A stretch of 64,000 bases of DNA from Akkermansiaceae bacterium (lineage in GTDB: Bacteria; Verrucomicrobiota; Verrucomicrobiia; Verrucomicrobiales; Akkermansiaceae). The notes beneath the pieces were generated by a model. That model searched no databases. It saw only the letters and a list, made by a program, of their open reading frames with translations, and was not told where the DNA came from. Below are positions 59,268 to 64,000 of this stretch, one piece after another. Made by a program: the position numbers and the translations under genes. The DNA lies in contig JANPKJ010000143.1 of the NCBI GenBank assembly GCA_031425955.1, positions 14,239 through 78,238 on the forward strand, given 5' to 3'. Within the stretch, counting starts at the first letter, position 1, and each line of letters opens with the position of its first letter.

Positions 59268-59987
59268 TCAGTCGAGTGACCCGAACACGGGAAGGCTGAG
59301 GACCCTGACGCCAAGTGTTTTGTCAGGCACCAGAAACAGCAGGTCCCGCGAGTTGGGATTGCTTGAAGTCTGTCGGTCGTAACATGACACGGTTTTACCG
59401 GTGGCATCAAGGTAGGACACCATCATGCGATACATCCCGTTTCCTTCCAAGGTTGCCTTCACGACCCGCTGTTGTCCGGCGTCGATCTTCTCCTCTTTGG
59501 GGCCGAGGGACACCAAGCCGGCGTGCGGGCTGACGTTGAAGATCAGAACGGATCCTTTGATAAATTCCAGTTTCTCGGGATCGACGGCATGGGCGTTGTA
59601 AATCTTTTTCTCCGGATCGGCGATCAGTGCCACCAGCGCACGACGTGAGTCCGTGGGGCAGGTGAATTGGCCGATGGATTTCAGGGTGCCTTCTTCCCGC
59701 ACGGTGAGGTGCAACTCCCCGGCGGCGGCAGGCAGCCAGTCGGTGATGAGGGAATTCCTGAGGGTAGCCGTGCCGAGTTCCTTCCATTTTCCCTGGTCAT
59801 CACGGGAAGCGAGAATCACTTCCTGATTCTCCGCCAGACTCGAAACGCAGATGAATTTCAACTGGGATTTGTCCTTCCGGTCTTTCGATTGCCCATAGAC
59901 CGGCTGCCAAACCGCACAGGTCAAAAGGGCGGCGAAGAGGGCCGTGCATTTTAGGAGTGATCGTAATGGAAAGTGCTGGAACATCAT
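59268..59987 (-). CDS. Secreted hypothetical protein, paralog of 58455..59171
   Basis: Signal peptide; see paralog. Confidence 0.8.
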   Translation of the reverse strand: MMFQHFPLRSLLKCTALFAALLTCAVWQPVYGQSKDRKDKSQLKFICVSSLAENQEVILASRDDQGKWKELGTATLRNSLITDWLPAAAGELHLTVREEGTLKSIGQFTCPTDSRRALVALIADPEKKIYNAHAVDPEKLEFIKGSVLIFNVSPHAGLVSLGPKEEKIDAGQQRVVKATLEGNGMYRMMVSYLDATGKTVSCYDRQTSSNPNSRDLLFLVPDKTLGVRVLSLPVFGSLD

Positions 59988-60005
59988 GGGGTGGGGTTGT
60001 TTGGA

Positions 60006-63000
60006 TTAAATCTCGTTGCTGTTCAACCAGCGGAATGACTGGATTGAAAGCCGACGGCCGAAAAGGGTGTTGGCTGGAGCGAGCTTGCTGCTCGTCTGCG
60101 GCCAACCGTCCTGCGCCTCGGGGGCGTCCGTGGGATCGACATAGTCGGGCACCCGCTGGATCACTGCTTCGCACCAGGCTTTGGCGACGATCTTCGTGCC
60201 TGAAGCGTCCCGGGCATCTCCATAGGCGCGGATGGTGAACGTGTCGGAGCGGACGGTGATCTGGGAGCCGATGGCGGTGAGTAAAGACCCCTGGCGGAGG
60301 TGACCGGCGATGCCCACGGCGCGCGCGGGCTTGGGTTCCATGCTGACTCCGGCTCTTCCAACGAGCGGCTCGAAATCCGCCGAAGCCGCACTGCGCCCGC
60401 CACCGGTGAGGCGGTCGTTCAGCCCGGATTTGTCGATGGCGGCCTGGAGTGCACCGACCGTCTGCTGGGCGGGATCGCTGTTGTCCGGGCGGCGGTTCAC
60501 GAAGTCCGCAAGGCTGAGGAACGGGCCGCGGCTTTTGACCTCCGCGACGATGGCAGTGGCGAGGGTCTTGATCTCATCGGCTGTCAGGCTGCGCAGTCCG
60601 GCCCAGTCGCCTGCGGTGCCGTTGGTCGCCGGGTTGACGGCCAAGCCAAGGGTGCCGTAGGGGTGGTCGAATTTCTGTTTGCCGCCAGTGGCTGTTAGCA
60701 GTTCCTGGTCGCGCACGCTGGAGAGAAGCGCCGCCCAGGCATTGGCCGAAGTGGAGTTCACGTTGAAGGCCCCGTCGACAAGCAGGTATTTGGCAAGGTT
60801 GTTGATGGCGGCGGGCTTGAAATTTTCACCGTTGAAGAGTTCGGTTAGTGCGGCCTCCGGAGATTTGAAGGGATGGAACACCAAGCGTTTGTTGCGGAGC
60901 ATTCCCTTGCTCTCCACCAACTCCTTGAACTGGGCTCGCGGGCTGCGGGAGTCTTTCAACCAAGCCGATGATCCGATCCCCGTTCCATCCACGATGCCCG
61001 ACAGAAACCAGGAATCCCACAACGCGGTGTTGGCCATCCAGGAGTGGTCGGTCACGCTCTTCCCGGTGGGTTGTGAGACTTGCCCCGGTGCGAGGAACGG
61101 GGTGGCGAACGAGTTGCCGATGGCCTTCGCAGTCAGCGGCCAGCCGAAGTTATGCCCGGTGAGCGCCGATGCCACATTGACGTCGGTGGGATATGGATCC
61201 TGGCGGATGGCAGGCGCTGCGCCTTCGTAGAAATGGCCACAAAAGCCCGAGGCGATGGCGTTCTCAAACGCTCCCAGCGACAAGGGTGGTGCTACGGGAA
61301 TCCGGCGTTTAATCACGTTGAAATTACCGCCGATGTTGGGCTGCCGGCCTCCACCGCTGTAAACATTGCGACCTCCGTCTCCGGCCGCGAGCGTGCGGAA
61401 CTGATAGTTCATCGGTTCCGCCGTGATGAGCATCTGGGTGGCGTGACGGGCCGTGGTCACACTGCTCGGCGTGGAGCCTTTTCCTGCCAATGCGGGGTCG
61501 TTGAGAAGGAAAGGACGCGAGGCGAAGGCATCGGGTGGGGTGCTCCCCGAAGATTGCTCCACGTTCTGGGCGAAACTGAACATGAGGACCGGTTGGGGGG
61601 AGAGGAAATCGGTCACCTTACGGATCTCCGGCGGTTTGATAGGCGACATCAGTTGCTGACCCATCAAACCACTGCTGATGTCTCCGCCACCTGACAAACT
61701 TGCGGCGTCGATTTGCCAGCCCTTTGCATTGCCTCCGGGATCGCGACGCCCCAGCCAGACCGCGTAGTAGGTGTAGCTGTTATTTTCGGGATTCGGTGCG
61801 CTTTCCTTCAAAATCTCGAAGTCAACCTTGTCGTCTGCCTTGAGGCCGGTGGCCTTGAGATCCCAGCCGGTCATGTTGACGCCGCCACTGGGTTGGAAAC
61901 CGCGCTTGAGGTCCAGCACGTAGCCGCTGGCGGTGCTCGACCCGAAGACACCCACTTCACCCGGCTCCAATTTAATGCCACTGGCTTGGTTGGAGTTGGC
62001 GGATCCGCCGCTGACATAGCCTCTGCAGATGTCGAGGTCCCGCCCTGAATCGCTGGTGGTTGTCACGGCCCCGCCTGCAGCTTTGCTGATGTTCCATTTG
62101 ACGTTGTAGGGGATTGCAAACAGTTGGACCACGAACGGCAGGCCCGAGGGATACTCGATCGCCACGTCATTCGGGTTGGCGACGGCCACCATCGCGTCGA
62201 GCATCATCTGCATCTTGTAACTGGGGGTTCCGCCGCTGCTTCCGCTGGGAACCGCTTTCATGGAAAGGATGAACTGCACCGCCTCAACCGCCGGACGCTT
62301 GTACATGTAATAGGGGTCGTTGATCACCGCTTCTCGGGTTCTCCTGCCCACCAGACTCGGGGTGTTGCCGCTCCATGTCAGGTTCCGGTGGAGATTGTGG
62401 AAAAGGTGCAGCTCCTCCAGATTAATGCCCCATTCATCCCGGGTGCCAGCGCTGGTTTTCCACGGCTTGACGAAGCTCAGGTTAGAAACTTTGGTACCAT
62501 CCTCGGTGATGTCGAAACGGTTCATGCGACCGTTGGAGAGATACAAAGGTTTGTCTCGCAACTCGGCGATCGGGCGGGCGAGAAGGTTGCTCAGATCCCG
62601 CTTAAGGCGGCCGGCACGGACGTCTGCCAGCACCCCGGCGGAGTGCACGGTAAAGTCATGGCTCAGGCTTCCCACTCCCGTCGAGCCGGTGAGGCCGGCC
62701 GCGAGATTCACTTGGGCGGTGGAAATGGTTTTGGCCCGTTGCCCGTCTTTCCAAACCAATTGCTCCAGCTTGGGAAGAGCGCGGTGACCGACATTTGCCG
62801 GGGCTTGAGCGTCGAAAAACGTATTGGAAAGTCCGGCGGCGAGTGTGGAGGTGTCAGGTCCGGCGTTGACCTTGGCCTTGGCGGCTTCGTCAGCCGTCCA
62901 CCAGGCGATCCGGCCCGGTTGTCTGCCAGCGCTTACGACATGCATGGGCACGCGGACTTCGTCGGCAGGAGCGACCATGCTGCCGGGACCGACGAGCAGG

Positions 63001-63434
63001 GCCTCATCGCCCGAGCCGGCAGGTCCGCCGGTTGCCGTGTTGGCTCCGGAGGCGAGCCAACCGCGGAATTTAAGAGTTCGTAATGTTGGCGATTCCGGGG
63101 TGTTCGCATCGGCTGGGCGCTGCCAAGCATCGTAAACCGCAGTCCAGCGCGGCTTGCCGCCGGTGGCGGCGGTCCCCGCGTCATGGGGGGCGGAAATGCG
63201 CGAATCCGGGCCCAGCTCCTTTTGCAACTCGCCGATGGCCATCATCAGGGCCAGCCGCGCGTTCGCGCGTGCAGCGCTCGAGGCGTCGCCCTGGGCAGAA
63301 GACCGGAGCGACACACTCGACAGGGTGAGCAGGCCGACCGCGATGACCGTTAGCAAAATCATTAAGGACAGTGTGACAACGAGCGCGAAGCCGTTCGGAG
63401 CCTGAGCAGCTCGGGTGGTTTTGATCGGGTTCAT
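60006..63434 (-). CDS. Verru_Chthon cassette protein A-like large pilin/PilX-type protein
   Basis: GFALVVTLSLMILLTVIAVGLL; ARANARLAL..AIGELQK.LGPD.RI; GAFNVNSTS..AW; RGPFLSLADFVNRR; RSDTFTIRAYG; FGRR..I.SFRWL. Confidence 0.88.
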   Translation of the reverse strand: MNPIKTTRAAQAPNGFALVVTLSLMILLTVIAVGLLTLSSVSLRSSAQGDASSAARANARLALMMAIGELQKELGPDSRISAPHDAGTAATGGKPRWTAVYDAWQRPADANTPESPTLRTLKFRGWLASGANTATGGPAGSGDEALLVGPGSMVAPADEVRVPMHVVSAGRQPGRIAWWTADEAAKAKVNAGPDTSTLAAGLSNTFFDAQAPANVGHRALPKLEQLVWKDGQRAKTISTAQVNLAAGLTGSTGVGSLSHDFTVHSAGVLADVRAGRLKRDLSNLLARPIAELRDKPLYLSNGRMNRFDITEDGTKVSNLSFVKPWKTSAGTRDEWGINLEELHLFHNLHRNLTWSGNTPSLVGRRTREAVINDPYYMYKRPAVEAVQFILSMKAVPSGSSGGTPSYKMQMMLDAMVAVANPNDVAIEYPSGLPFVVQLFAIPYNVKWNISKAAGGAVTTTSDSGRDLDICRGYVSGGSANSNQASGIKLEPGEVGVFGSSTASGYVLDLKRGFQPSGGVNMTGWDLKATGLKADDKVDFEILKESAPNPENNSYTYYAVWLGRRDPGGNAKGWQIDAASLSGGGDISSGLMGQQLMSPIKPPEIRKVTDFLSPQPVLMFSFAQNVEQSSGSTPPDAFASRPFLLNDPALAGKGSTPSSVTTARHATQMLITAEPMNYQFRTLAAGDGGRNVYSGGGRQPNIGGNFNVIKRRIPVAPPLSLGAFENAIASGFCGHFYEGAAPAIRQDPYPTDVNVASALTGHNFGWPLTAKAIGNSFATPFLAPGQVSQPTGKSVTDHSWMANTALWDSWFLSGIVDGTGIGSSAWLKDSRSPRAQFKELVESKGMLRNKRLVFHPFKSPEAALTELFNGENFKPAAINNLAKYLLVDGAFNVNSTSANAWAALLSSVRDQELLTATGGKQKFDHPYGTLGLAVNPATNGTAGDWAGLRSLTADEIKTLATAIVAEVKSRGPFLSLADFVNRRPDNSDPAQQTVGALQAAIDKSGLNDRLTGGGRSAASADFEPLVGRAGVSMEPKPARAVGIAGHLRQGSLLTAIGSQITVRSDTFTIRAYGDARDASGTKIVAKAWCEAVIQRVPDYVDPTDAPEAQDGWPQTSSKLAPANTLFGRRLSIQSFRWLNSNEI

Positions 63435-63664
63435 GGGTTTGGGTTGTTTCGTAAATTGTAGGCGTGGATTGTTTCAGGGCTTCCGGTCGAATGGATCGTT
63501 GTGAAAAACAGTCTTCGAGCTTCCGACGTCGCAAAGCGTTCCCCGCTCAATGATTCTCATCTCCATACCTACAAAAAATAAACTGATCCGGCGGTTCCGT
63601 CCAGTCCCCCAATGTGGTGAGACCCATCCCCCAACCGGGTGAGTGGCCAGCTGACAGATCCGGA

Positions 63665-64000
63665 TCAGTTGGTGTTTTCCGCTGGGTTCCACCATTGATC
63701 CAGCTCCCGGCTCAGACTGGTCACCATGTATGGTTGCGTCGCAGACAAATCGGTTTTTTCCCACGGATCATTCTTCAAATCGTAGAGCTCCGGCTTGGCG
63801 GCGGGCCGGTTGCGCGGGTCGGGTGAGACCAATTTCCACCAGCCGTCGATGACCCAACGATGTTCCAGTCCGCGCGTCGGGTGATCCACGTCGGTGATGC
63901 CGTGGGGATATTGCTCGCCGAAGATCCGCTGGCGACTGGCGGCGGCCTGCTCATCTGCCAGGTTGATGCCGGGCAGTCCCGCCGGGGTCTTTGTTTGAAG
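63665..64000 (-). CDS. 3' end of a sulfatase (starts outside the window)
   Basis: Open frame to the edge: LPGINL...RQRIFGE.Y.H....HP..GLEHRWVI.G.WKL...ELYDL.NDP.EK.DL. Confidence 0.8.
   Translation of the reverse strand, partial: LQTKTPAGLPGINLADEQAAASRQRIFGEQYPHGITDVDHPTRGLEHRWVIDGWWKLVSPDPRNRPAAKPELYDLKNDPWEKTDLSATQPYMVTSLSRELDQWWNPAENTN

Noticed and set aside
1-64000. CRISPR arrays, tRNA/rRNA genes, transposases, prophage genes
   Set aside because: None recognised by eye in this window

Overview
GC-rich bacterial DNA, most likely Verrucomicrobiota (Luteolibacter/Verrucomicrobiaceae-like). This is inferred from autotransporter-repeat proteins lacking a barrel, a prepilin H-X9-DG protein, a Verru_Chthon cassette-A-like protein, many Cys-type sulfatases and C/A-rich starts without SD sequences. 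The window is mostly a polysaccharide-degradation region. The plus-strand block 21.5-48.5 kb encodes GH39, GH43-like, two GH6, GH48, GH10, GH5, GH51 and six sulfatases. The minus-strand block 51-58.4 kb looks like an ulvan/rhamnan cluster (GH105, PL25-like, sulfatase-RhaM fusion, GH78). The left part holds GH10, an internally deleted GH3, a propeller sensor kinase with a NarL-type regulator, a G8 protein and a YtrA/ABC operon. Four things stand out: (1) a complete GH48+GH6+GH5+GH10 cellulolytic set; (2) a shared ~120-aa DxDxDG-EYA module in six secreted proteins, placed N-terminally, internally or C-terminally; (3) an 18-bp motif GAGCAY-N4-RTGCGACT found seven times upstream of transcription units; (4) a ~470-nt highly structured non-coding element beside a degraded toxin-antitoxin fusion. 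All family calls come from motif recognition by eye; no database searches were run.
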